Source: Thermoanaerobaculia bacterium (lineage in GTDB: Bacteria > Acidobacteriota > Thermoanaerobaculia > Multivoradales > UBA5704). Taken from it: DNA of 64,000 nt. The stretch lies in NCBI GenBank assembly GCA_035490435.1, contig DATHEF010000044.1, forward strand, positions 67,571-131,570, written 5' to 3'. Shown one piece after another: positions 1 through 8,644 of this stretch. The position numbers and the translations under genes are program-made. Under the pieces are notes generated by a model. It was not told the DNA's origin, did not search any database, and worked only from the letters and a program-made list of their open reading frames with translations. Position 1 is the stretch's first letter. Each line of letters opens with the position of its first letter.

Positions 1-59
1 TGCCGGTATGGCGAGGGAAGGCGGAAGAAGAGGAGAAAGGGGCCACCGGGAGGATGGCC

Positions 60-1358
60 CTACGCGAAGTGCTGCTCGAAGCCCTGGAGGGTGCGGTCGA
101 AATCCGTGTCGGAGCCGCGTTTCTTCTGCACCATCTCGCAGGAGTACATGACCGTCGAGTGGTGCTTGTCGTTGAAAAGTTTGCCGATCTCCGGGTAGGA
201 AAGATCCGTCAGCCGTTTGCAGAGGTACATCGCCACCTGCCGCGGGATGACGATCTGCCGCGAGTTGCTCTTGCTCTTGATCTCGGAGACCTTGAGGTCG
301 TAGTGGCGGGCGACGACCTTGATGATCTCGGCCGCGGCGGGGCGCTTCCCTTCCTCCGGGAGGATGTCCTTGAGCGTCTCGCGGGCGAGCGCCGGCGAAA
401 GGGGCTTGCCGGTGAGCGAGGAGAAGGCCATCACCCGCGTCAGCAACCCCTCGAGCTCGCGGATGTTCGACTTCACCTGCTGGGCGATGAACTCCGCCAC
501 CTCCTCGGGGAGCTGGATATCCTCGAGCGAGGCCTTGCGCTGCAGGATGGCCACCTTGGTCTCGAGGTCCGGCGGCTGGATGTCGGCGATCAGCCCCCAC
601 TCGAAGCGGCTGCGCAGCCGCTCCTCCAGCGTCGGGATGTTCCGCGGCGAGGAGTCGGAGGAGAGGATGATCTGCTTCTGGCTGGTGTAGAGCGTGTTGA
701 AGGTGTGGAAGAACTCCTCCTGCGTCCGCTCCTTGTTGGCCAGGAACTGCACGTCGTCGAGCATCAGCACGTCGATCGTGCGGTAGCGCTCGCGGAAGGC
801 CGGCATGCGGTCGAAGCGGATGGAGTTGATCAGCTCGTTGACGAACTGCTCGGCCGGCAGATAGAGCACGCGCAGTTGCGGCCGGCTGCGCTGGATCTGG
901 TGACCGATCGCGTGCAGCAGATGGGTCTTGCCAAGGCCGACTCCACCATAGAGGAAGAGCGGGTTGTAGGAGAACGACGGGTTCTCGGCCACGCGCTTGG
1001 CGGCGGCGAGGGCGAACTCGTTGGACTTCCCCTCGATGAAGCTGGAGAACATGTACTTGTGATTGAAGCTCGACAGCGTGAGCGGCTCTTCCGGGGGAGA
1101 GGCGGCGGCGACCTCGATGTCGTCGAGCGAGAACAGGACCTGGAATCCAGCATCCCCCAGCCCCGCGACCGCCCGGTCGACCATCGGCCGGTAGCTCTCC
1201 TCCAGCGTGTGGAGAAACCGCGAATTCGGGGCTACCAGCACCAGCCGGCGGCCATCCTCATTACCCACCCGCAAGGGGCGGAACCAGGTAGCGAACTCGT
1301 CAGGATCGAGTTGCTGTTGAAGCTGTCTCTGGAGAAGAGACCAATAGGATTGCGACAT
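60..1358 (-). CDS. dnaA: Chromosomal replication initiator DnaA
   Basis: AAA+ Walker A GGVGLGKTHLL, DnaA box-binding C-terminal domain. Track start at 1397 is TTG; ATG at 1358 (MSQSYWS) has AGAGGTG RBS 5 nt upstream. Confidence 0.93.
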   Translation of the reverse strand: MSQSYWSLLQRQLQQQLDPDEFATWFRPLRVGNEDGRRLVLVAPNSRFLHTLEESYRPMVDRAVAGLGDAGFQVLFSLDDIEVAAASPPEEPLTLSSFNHKYMFSSFIEGKSNEFALAAAKRVAENPSFSYNPLFLYGGVGLGKTHLLHAIGHQIQRSRPQLRVLYLPAEQFVNELINSIRFDRMPAFRERYRTIDVLMLDDVQFLANKERTQEEFFHTFNTLYTSQKQIILSSDSSPRNIPTLEERLRSRFEWGLIADIQPPDLETKVAILQRKASLEDIQLPEEVAEFIAQQVKSNIRELEGLLTRVMAFSSLTGKPLSPALARETLKDILPEEGKRPAAAEIIKVVARHYDLKVSEIKSKSNSRQIVIPRQVAMYLCKRLTDLSYPEIGKLFNDKHHSTVMYSCEMVQKKRGSDTDFDRTLQGFEQHFA

Positions 1359-1385
1359 GACACCTCTAACAGCGATAGCTAGACT

Positions 1386-1418
1386 ATTTCCACACAATTT
1401 CCACAGGCTGTGGAAATC
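1386..1418. promoter_or_regulatory. Cluster of three DnaA-box-like 9-mers upstream of dnaA (TTTCCACAC, TTTCCACAG, and inverted CTGTGGAAA); the last two form a perfect 10-bp inverted repeat
   Basis: 7-8/9 match to TTATCCACA consensus, read directly; 28 bp upstream of dnaA ATG. Confidence 0.6.
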
Positions 1419-1572
1419 CCTGCCTAGAATGAGGATTGCTTCCGAAGCGGCTTAGGTGACTGCGACCTGAGAGATCATAACACAGCCGCGACGGCCCGCA
1501 AGCCCCCTGGGACCAATGTATGAAAAATCCTGTAACGTTATTAGAACAAATAGGTTACAGTCCCTTTTTGGG

Positions 1573-3282
1573 TCAAAAAGGTCGAGCGATTCTGGACACT
1601 TCTGGCGGCAATTCAAGCAGCCGCGGGGGAGCGGTTTCAAGCCTCTTGACAACCTCGGCGAGAGCTGTCGGGAGGCGCGGCTGCCGTTTCTCCAGGAAGA
1701 GATCGAGCCACGACGGCGGCGACGGGTAGAAATCGAGGCCGACCGTCTCGCCGGCGCCGATCCGCGCCTCCCGGCGGGCGATCTCGACGGCGCGGTCGAG
1801 CCCGCCGAGCTCGTCCACCAACCCGATCTTCTGGGCCGCGGCACCGGTCCACACCCGGCCGCCGGCGATCCCCTCGACGGCCGACCGGCTCATCTTGCGG
1901 CCGGCGGCGACGTGGCCGATGAAGGTCTGGTAGGTGTGGTCCATGAGCTGCTGGATCCGCGCCTCCTGCTGCGGCGTGTAGGGCTGGAGAGAGGAGTAGA
2001 TGTCGGCGTTGGCCCCGCGCTTCTGGGTGGCGTGGCCGATCCCGAGGATCTCCTCCTCGAAGCGGCGGGTGACGAACTTGCCGCCGAAGATGCCGATCGA
2101 ACCGGTCAAGGTGGCCGGCTCCGCGACGATCCTGCTGGCCTTGGCGGCGATGTAGTAGCCGCCCGAGGCCGCCTCGTCGGACATCGAGACCACGACCGGC
2201 TTCTTCTCCTTGAGCTTCTCGATCTCGCGCAGCATGAAGTCGGAGGCCAGGGCCGAGCCGCCGGGGCTGTCGATGCGCAGGACGACCGCGGCGATCGAGC
2301 CGTCCTCGCGGACGTCGTGCAGCACGGTCGCGAAGTCGTCCGAGCCGAGGTAGACCTCCTGCGTCCAGGGAGCCGAGCCGCCGTCGCCGCGGACGATGGT
2401 GCCGAGGGCGAAGACGACGGCGACCCGCTTGCCGGCGAGGACCGGACGGGGGCTGTAGTCCTCGACGGCGACGTAGGACGGTTTGCGCCCGGCCCGCTTC
2501 TCCAGGTGGTCCTTGAACTCGTCCGGATAGGAGAGCCGGTCGACCAGGCCGCGCGCCAGCGCCTCCTCGGCCGACCAGGGGGCGCCGTCGATCAGCGTCC
2601 GCACCTCGGCGCCGCTCTTGTGGCGCGCCTCGGCGATGGCGGCGACGATCTGCGCGAAGTAGCCGTCGAGCACCGCGGCGATCGCCTCCTCGGCCTCGGG
2701 GCTGTACTGGTTCTCGGTGTAGGACTCGACGGCGCTCTTGTAGCGGCCGACGCGGTTGAAGTTCGGGTCGATCTTGAGCTTGTCGAGCGCGCCGCGCAGG
2801 AACCGGCTCTCGGAGTAGAGCCCGAGCAGGTTCAAGTCCCCGGCGGGGGCGAGGTAGATCTTCTCGCAGGCGGTCGCGAGGTAGTAGGCGAGAGTGCCGT
2901 TCGATCCCTCGCCCGCGGTCTCCAGATAACACTCGACGAACTTGCCGGCCCGCCGCAGGGCCATCATCTGGCGCCGCAGCTCCTGGGCCTTGGCGAGGCC
3001 GAGATCGGCTTCCTGGATGTAGACGGCGAGGCCGCGCACGCCGGCGTCCTGGCGGGCGGCGCGCAGCGCCGGGTAGAGCTCGGCGATGCTGACCGGCGCC
3101 GCGGCGTCGCTGAAGGGAAGGCGCGGCTCGCGCTGCTCCAGCACCGGTCCGGCGAGGTACCAGACGAGGACCGTCGGGCCCTCGCCCACGGCGCTCCCTT
3201 TCCCTCCTATCAGGATGCCGGCGACGGTCGCCAGCACCGCCACGCCGAGCAGGGACAGGAAGATCAGGAGCAGCTTCTTCAT
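1573..3282 (-). CDS. sppA: Signal peptide peptidase SppA (protease IV, 67K type)
   Basis: N-terminal TM, tandem ClpP/crotonase-like S49 domains, motif SMSDEAASGGYYIA; ATG overlaps upstream stop (ATGA). Confidence 0.9.
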   Translation of the reverse strand: MKKLLLIFLSLLGVAVLATVAGILIGGKGSAVGEGPTVLVWYLAGPVLEQREPRLPFSDAAAPVSIAELYPALRAARQDAGVRGLAVYIQEADLGLAKAQELRRQMMALRRAGKFVECYLETAGEGSNGTLAYYLATACEKIYLAPAGDLNLLGLYSESRFLRGALDKLKIDPNFNRVGRYKSAVESYTENQYSPEAEEAIAAVLDGYFAQIVAAIAEARHKSGAEVRTLIDGAPWSAEEALARGLVDRLSYPDEFKDHLEKRAGRKPSYVAVEDYSPRPVLAGKRVAVVFALGTIVRGDGGSAPWTQEVYLGSDDFATVLHDVREDGSIAAVVLRIDSPGGSALASDFMLREIEKLKEKKPVVVSMSDEAASGGYYIAAKASRIVAEPATLTGSIGIFGGKFVTRRFEEEILGIGHATQKRGANADIYSSLQPYTPQQEARIQQLMDHTYQTFIGHVAAGRKMSRSAVEGIAGGRVWTGAAAQKIGLVDELGGLDRAVEIARREARIGAGETVGLDFYPSPPSWLDLFLEKRQPRLPTALAEVVKRLETAPPRLLELPPEVSRIARPF

Positions 3283-4316
3283 GGCGGCATCCTATCCGCT
3301 TGTCGTCTTCCCGGTAATTTTCGAGCAATTTCCCAATAGGCCCGCCAAGCGTCCATCTCCTGAGGGTCGACGCGGGCGACGTGGCAGATCGCGTCGCCCG
3401 GGTGGACGAGCGGGAGCTGGGTGAGGCCGAGGACGATCCCCGCGCAGGGGGCCTTGAGCACGCTACGCTCGCGGCCGAAGGGGTTGCTGTGGGTCGAGAT
3501 CGCCTGCCCGCGGCGCAGCGGCGCCCCGAGGTCCACCTCGAGCTCGAGGATCCCCCCCTTGCGGGAGCGGATCCAGCGCGTGCGCTCGATCCACAGCCGC
3601 AGCGGCGGCGAGGCGGGCTCCCCCGGCATCATCTTCAGATGGCGCAGGACGTTGAGCACCCCCTGGATACCGACCTCGATGAACGGCCGTTCGAAGCGGC
3701 GGGCGCTCCCCGCCTCGTAGACCACGGTCGGCACCCCGGCCGCCACCGCCGTCTGCCGCAGCGACCCCTCGGGTCCGGCGCCGTCGACGATCAGCGGGCA
3801 GCCGAACGCCCCGGCGAGCTCGACCACGGCGGGGTCCGCGAGATCGGCGCGGATCTGCGGGTTGTTGGTGCGCTCGCCGCCGGCGGTGTGCAGATCGAGG
3901 CCGAAGTCGCTCTGGCGGATCACCTCGCGGAAGAGGACGTCGGCCAGCCGGGCGGTGAGCGACCCCTTGCGGCTGCCAGGGAAGCTCCGGTTGAGGTCGC
4001 GGCGGTCGGGGAGGCGGCGGTCCTGATTGAGGAAGCCGGGGACGTTGACGACCGGCACCGCGATCAGCGTCCCCTTCAGGGCGCTGAAGTCGGTGTCGTT
4101 GAGCAGGCCGCGCAGGATGCCGACGCCGTTGAGCTCGTCGCCGTGGACCGTGGCGGTGACGAACAGGGTGGGACCGGGCGCGCCGCGGATGACCGTCACC
4201 GGCACCGTCACCGGCTCGGCGGCGTAGGACTCGGCCACCCGCAGCCGCAACTCGGCCGTCTCCCCGAGGGCGACGGGGGTGCCGGCGAAGCAGAGGGGCT
4301 CGCGCGCCTTCATCAT
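3279..4316 (-). CDS. Succinylglutamate desuccinylase/aspartoacylase (AstE/AspA) family zinc hydrolase
   Basis: Zn-carboxypeptidase-like motifs (HGDELNG...LDLHT) typical of AstE_AspA; downstream of rimK. Confidence 0.8.
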   Translation of the reverse strand: MMKAREPLCFAGTPVALGETAELRLRVAESYAAEPVTVPVTVIRGAPGPTLFVTATVHGDELNGVGILRGLLNDTDFSALKGTLIAVPVVNVPGFLNQDRRLPDRRDLNRSFPGSRKGSLTARLADVLFREVIRQSDFGLDLHTAGGERTNNPQIRADLADPAVVELAGAFGCPLIVDGAGPEGSLRQTAVAAGVPTVVYEAGSARRFERPFIEVGIQGVLNVLRHLKMMPGEPASPPLRLWIERTRWIRSRKGGILELEVDLGAPLRRGQAISTHSNPFGRERSVLKAPCAGIVLGLTQLPLVHPGDAICHVARVDPQEMDAWRAYWEIARKLPGRRQADRMPP

Positions 4317-4336
4317 CTTTATCTTTATCCCGGCCT

Positions 4337-5243
4337 TTATCCCCGCCCCTGGGTGCGCGGGTGGCCCTGATGGGCGCGCTCGAGGACGAAGCCGATCATG
4401 GCGCCGGCGACGTCGACGCCGGTCGCCCCCTCGATCCCCTCAAGGCCGGGGGAGCTGTTGACCTCCAGCACCATCGGACCGTCCTTGGAAGGGATCATGT
4501 CCACCCCGGCGATGTTGAGGCCGAGCACCTCGGCGGCGTGGATCGCGGTCTGGACGTAGGCCTCCTCGAGCTCGACGCCGGCGGCGGTGCCGCCGCGGTG
4601 GAGATTGCTGCGGAACTCCCCCTCGCCGGCCTGGCGCGCCATCGCAGCCACCACCTTGCCGCCGATGACGATGGCCCGGTAGTCGGTGCCGTGCGCCTCC
4701 TCGATGAAGGCCTGGATCAGGATGTTCTGTCCCAGCGAGCTCATGGCGTCGAGCACCGATTCGGCCGATTTGGCCGACTCGGCCAGAATGACGCCCATCC
4801 CCTGCGTCCCCTCCAGCAGCTTGAGGATGACCGGCGCGCCGCCGACCCGGCGGATGGCCGAGCGCACGTCCTCGCGGCTGCGGGCGAAGGCGGTGGGCGG
4901 AATGCCGATGTCATAGCGCGAGAGCAGTTGCAGGCTGCGCAGCTTGTCGCGGCTGCGCGAGATCGCCTGGCTCTCGTTGGCGGGGAAGACCCCCATCATC
5001 TCGAACTGGCGCAGCACGGCGAGGCCGTAGAAGGTGATCGAGGCGCCGATGCGCGGCACCACCCCGTCGACGCCGGTCACCCGCTCGCCGTCGTGGAAGA
5101 CCTCCGGCCGCTTCTTCGACACCTTGACCACGCACCGCAGCGGGTCGAGCACCGCCACGTCGGCGCCCCGCTGGCGGCAGGCCTCGATCAGGCGCGAGGT
5201 CGAGTACAAGGTCGCCTTGCGCGACAGGATGGCAATCTTCATC
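4337..5243 (-). CDS. rimK: RimK-family ATP-grasp alpha-L-glutamate ligase
   Basis: MKIAILSRK... ATP-grasp fold. Track ORF 4337..5731 is an artificial in-frame fusion with the upstream gene; ATG at 5243 overlaps upstream stop (ATGA). Confidence 0.9.
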
Positions 5244-5724
5244 GGTTCTCCGCCTCTCGCCCGCGCGACCTCCGGGGGTGCCATTCGCGGAGCAGGTACT
5301 TGCCGGCGACGTCCACCCGAAAGTCCCCCTCCAGGGCCTTCCGGCCGAGGATCATACGAAAGAGCATGCCGGAGCGGTTGGTCAGCGTGACCAGGATCTT
5401 CTTGCGCACCGGCCCGAGCACCATCTCCGTCTCGATCACCGGCCGCACCTCGGGGTGCCCGCCCGAGTCGACGACGCGCATGCGCCGCAGTACCCGCGCC
5501 TCGGTCTGGACCCGCCAGTCCGGCCGGCGGCGGTCGGGGCGAAACTCGAGCGCCACCCGCTCGGAGCCGTCCGCGAGCACCTCCAGCAGCCGGATGGAAT
5601 CGACGTGCAGCGTCGAGGTGCGGGCCCCGGTGTCCACCTTGGCCTTGATGCGGACGATCCCCAGCTCGGGAAGATCCAGGTGCTCCTTCCAGCCGACGGT
5701 CCGGACTTCCCGAAACTCTGACAT
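5239..5724 (-). CDS. RimB-like ATP-dependent zinc protease / retropepsin-like (DUF785)
   Basis: 161 aa, DTGA aspartyl-protease-like motif (KVDTGARTSTL); conserved partner of rimK; AGGAGA RBS. Confidence 0.8.
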   Translation of the reverse strand: MSEFREVRTVGWKEHLDLPELGIVRIKAKVDTGARTSTLHVDSIRLLEVLADGSERVALEFRPDRRRPDWRVQTEARVLRRMRVVDSGGHPEVRPVIETEMVLGPVRKKILVTLTNRSGMLFRMILGRKALEGDFRVDVAGKYLLREWHPRRSRGREAENR

Positions 5725-5882
5725 CTCCCATCTCCTCGTGGAGCGGACGATCCTATGTAGAAATGCCTAACTCGGAGGAATGCCTTTGTACGAATGAGAA
5801 CGATTGGCCAGAGTTCCTGGCCCGGCTTCCAGAGGGAGCTTCGCTCAAACGCGTATTTTATAGGCTCTCGGGCTGTGGACCT

Positions 5883-6080
5883 CCACCGGGCACGTGGCTT
5901 GCAGACAAAGCAGGGTACAAATTAGTCGGAACCGAGGGGGAAGTTTCATCCAGCCAACCTATGTCCCACCCTTTTAGAGATCCTAACGCGATCTCGTCCT
6001 CAAACAAGCCCACCTTGATCCCCTGATCAGGGGTAGAGCCAACCAAGCCAACCCGAAACAGGAACCTCCCCCCTTAAGCC
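5883..6080 (+). repeat. Copy A of a diverged ~200-nt tandem repeat; candidate small RNA, with internal palindrome CCCCTGATCAGGGG
   Basis: Aligns along its length with 6238..6433 (~70% identity, shared blocks ACCGGGCACG, GAGATCCTA, CCAACCT, CCAACCCG, CCTCCCCCC). Confidence 0.55.
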
Positions 6081-6237
6081 CTCTGGCCAAGCGCCGGGGG
6101 GCCTCTCTTTTTATGGGCGGTTTTTTTAGGAATGCTCCCCTGGCCCTGCCGGTTGCGGGAGAGGTGAGGGGAACCGGCCTCTCCCGGCGTTCTTTGAGGC
6201 AAGAGCAGGCAAGCGGCCGACCGGAAGGCTGGAATGC

Positions 6238-6433
6238 TAGACCGGGCACGGCTGTTGCAGACAATAAGAGACAGGAAATGACGAGGGGGAGAGTTCCAGA
6301 CCAACCTAACCAACCCCACCTGTTTTCGAGATCCTAGTGATCTCAACCTCTTTGACTCCAACCTTAATCCCCTAGCTACAGGGGTACAGCCACAATAGCC
6401 AACCCGGAGAGATGGGGCCTCCCCCCCTACTTC
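6238..6433 (+). repeat. Copy B of the tandem repeat; candidate small RNA, with internal palindrome CCCCTAGCTACAGGGG
   Basis: 355-bp period relative to copy A; followed by a strong intrinsic terminator. Confidence 0.55.
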
Positions 6434-6456
6434 CTCCTTCCCTCGGGAAGGAGGGG

Positions 6457-6489
6457 GCTCCCAGCGCAAGCTGGGAGCTTTTTCTTTTC
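6457..6489 (+). terminator. Rho-independent terminator (GCTCCCAGCGCAAGCTGGGAGC + TTTTTCTTTT), preceded by a second hairpin CTCCTTCCCTCGGGAAGGAGGG
   Basis: Perfect 9-bp GC stem + T-run read directly; lies after repeat copy B and before mutY. Confidence 0.75.
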
Positions 6490-6537
6490 TGGCACCTGCC
6501 TGCCAAATTGGCTGTTGTACATGTCTAGAATGACGCG

Positions 6538-7644
6538 ATGCGGCACGCCGAAGAGCTCCTGACCTGGTTCGACCAGCACCGCCGCGACCTTCCCTGGCGG
6601 CGAACGAGCGATCCCTACAAGATCTGGCTCTCCGAGGTCATGCTCCAGCAGACCCGGGTGGAGACGGTTCTCCCTTTTTACACGCGGTTCCTGGAAAGAT
6701 TTCCCACCGTCGGGGATCTGGCGCGGGCCGAGGTCGAGGAAGTGCTGACTCTCTGGTCCGGGCTCGGCTACTACCGGCGGGCGCGGCAGCTCCACGCGGC
6801 CGCCCGCCAGATTGCCGCGATGGCGGCATTTCCGTCCACCGTCGAGGGACTGCTGGCGCTCCCCGGCATCGGCGCCTACACGGCGGCGGCGGTGGCGAGC
6901 ATCGCCTTCGGGGTCGCCGCGCCGGTGATGGACGGCAACGTCGAGCGCGTCCTCTCGCGCTGTCTCGCCCTCGATGAGGATCCGCGAGCTGCCGGCGCGC
7001 GCCGGCAGCTCCTCGCCGCCGCCGCCGAGCTGCTCGATCCCGCCCGCCCCGGCGACAGCAACCAGGCCCTGATGGAGCTTGGTGCGACCCTCTGCTCGCC
7101 GCGCCGTCCCAAGTGCCTGCTCTGTCCCCTGCGCCCCGGCTGCCGGGCGGCGCGCGAGGGGGACCCCGAGCGGTATCCGATCCCGAAGGTGAAGCGCGAA
7201 GGGGAGCGGCACCGGCTCCTGGTGGCCGTGGTCGAGGAGGGGTCCGGCGTGCTCCTCTTCCGCCGCCCCGAGGACAGCACCCTCCTCGCCGGCACCTGGG
7301 AGCTCCCGTGGACGACCCGCGAGCGCAACGGCACGCCCGAGCCTGGGGACCCCGAGTCCGCCCTCGCCGAGCTCTACGGCGGCCGCTGGACCGTGGGCCC
7401 CCGGATCGCCGGAGCGCGGCACGGCATCACCTACCGCGATCTGGAGATCGACATCCACCGCGCCGAGCTCGCCTGGGGTGGGGAAGTGCGCGAGGGGATG
7501 GCCGCCGGCTTCTTTGACGCGGCCGGGCGCGCCAAGCTGCCGCTGTCGTCGCTGGTGGGGAAGGTGCTGGGAGCGCTGGAGGCGTCGGGGCCTACTCCAT
7601 CGGCGGCGGCACCGGCCAGGAGATCCCCGAGCCGCCGGCGATGA
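6538..7644 (+). CDS. mutY: A/G-specific adenine DNA glycosylase MutY
   Basis: HhH-GPD domain, 4Fe-4S cluster loop CSPRRPKCLLCPLRPGC, NUDIX-like C-terminal domain. Confidence 0.9.
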   Translation: MRHAEELLTWFDQHRRDLPWRRTSDPYKIWLSEVMLQQTRVETVLPFYTRFLERFPTVGDLARAEVEEVLTLWSGLGYYRRARQLHAAARQIAAMAAFPSTVEGLLALPGIGAYTAAAVASIAFGVAAPVMDGNVERVLSRCLALDEDPRAAGARRQLLAAAAELLDPARPGDSNQALMELGATLCSPRRPKCLLCPLRPGCRAAREGDPERYPIPKVKREGERHRLLVAVVEEGSGVLLFRRPEDSTLLAGTWELPWTTRERNGTPEPGDPESALAELYGGRWTVGPRIAGARHGITYRDLEIDIHRAELAWGGEVREGMAAGFFDAAGRAKLPLSSLVGKVLGALEASGPTPSAAAPARRSPSRRR

Positions 7645-8596
7645 TGAACCAGCCGATGATCTTTTCGTCCAGCTCGCGCAGGCGGCTCGCCACCAGATTG
7701 CAGAGGATGGTCAGCAGCCGGATCGACGACAGCTTGTTGATGTCGAGGATACCCTCGAGCACCTCGCGGGAGATCACCAGCACCACGGCGCCCTCCTCGT
7801 GGGTCTTGGCGTCGGCCGAGCGGGGCTCGTTGTCGATCAGCGCCATCTCGCCGAAGTAGCCGCCGCGCTCGAGAAAGGCGAGAGCCTCCTCGCCGGCGCC
7901 GGGGATGAACTTGCTGATCATCACCCGCCCCTCGAGCACCACGTACATCTCGTTGCCCATCTCCCCCTCGCGGAAGATCACCTGGGTGGGACCGTACTTC
8001 CGCTCCTTCGAGAGGGAGGACAGGAAGTTGATCTCCATGCTGGAGAGCTTCTGCTCCTGGAACAGCTTGCGCTTGGAGGCGAGGTCGACGCGGAACTCGG
8101 CCGTCCGCTCGTCGCCGGAGGCGGGCTCGGCGTCGGGCGGCTTGCCGGTCTCCGAGAAGAACTGGGTGAGGTTGGCGTTGGTCTGCCGGAGCTTGGCCGA
8201 CAGGCTCTTCCAGAAGGCCCAGTAGAGGGCCAGCTTGAAGCGCGGATCGCGCTCCATGAGGGTCGAGAGCGCCATCGGATTGAGCCCGATCAGATCCGTC
8301 TCCATCGTGGTCACCGCGTCCCCCGAGCGGGGCACGCGGTCGACGAAAGAGGTCTCGCCGAACAGGGTGCCGGCCTCCAGGGCCGCGAGGCTGAAGTGGC
8401 CGTAGGGGGTCTTGCGCTGGATGCGCACGCCGCCGCTCTCGATGAGGTAGGCGTCCTGCGTCTCCTCCCCCTCCTTGACGATCATGGCGCCGGCGGGGAA
8501 ACGGTTGCGCGTGGAGCACTGAGCGAGCTGGGCAAGCTGCTCGTCCGTGAAGTGGGCGAAGATCTCCCACCGGCGAAGAAGGTTCTCAATTCCCAA
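7592..8596 (-). CDS. Tandem cyclic-nucleotide-binding (CAP-family cNMP) domain protein
   Basis: Two cNMP-binding motifs (LFGETSFVDRVPRSGDAVT and FGEMALIDNEPRSADAKT); start codon is TTG in the track. Confidence 0.8.
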   Translation of the reverse strand: MGIENLLRRWEIFAHFTDEQLAQLAQCSTRNRFPAGAMIVKEGEETQDAYLIESGGVRIQRKTPYGHFSLAALEAGTLFGETSFVDRVPRSGDAVTTMETDLIGLNPMALSTLMERDPRFKLALYWAFWKSLSAKLRQTNANLTQFFSETGKPPDAEPASGDERTAEFRVDLASKRKLFQEQKLSSMEINFLSSLSKERKYGPTQVIFREGEMGNEMYVVLEGRVMISKFIPGAGEEALAFLERGGYFGEMALIDNEPRSADAKTHEEGAVVLVISREVLEGILDINKLSSIRLLTILCNLVASRLRELDEKIIGWFIIAGGSGISWPVPPPME

Positions 8597-8644
8597 GGTG
8601 CGCCTATTGTAGCCGGAGTCGGGCTCTTTCTATAAGGAAGGCAG

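Noticed and set aside
54-1382. 442-aa + strand ORF antisense to dnaA, and similar long antisense ORFs (1516..3339, 1637..3328, 4361..5770, 6427..7458, 7431..8570, 14768..16855, 18122..18946, 40725..43028, 52285..53742, 59381..60952, 60700..61905, 62754..63875)
   Set aside because: Typical stop-poor antisense frames of ~70% GC DNA: low-complexity Arg/Gly/Ala/Pro-rich products, each overlapping a sense-strand gene with clear family signatures
4337-5731. Single 464-aa RimK protein as given by the ORF track
   Set aside because: N-terminal 160 aa is the in-frame antisense-like extension across the separate DUF785 protease gene; rimK has its own ATG (MKIAILSRK) at 5243 overlapping the protease stop
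5763-6469. Short ORFs (5763..6026, 5983..6264, 6074..6469, 6113..6337) in the rimK-mutY intergenic region
   Set aside because: Overlap the structured tandem repeats/hairpins; products are low-complexity; region better explained as non-coding RNA/repeat DNA
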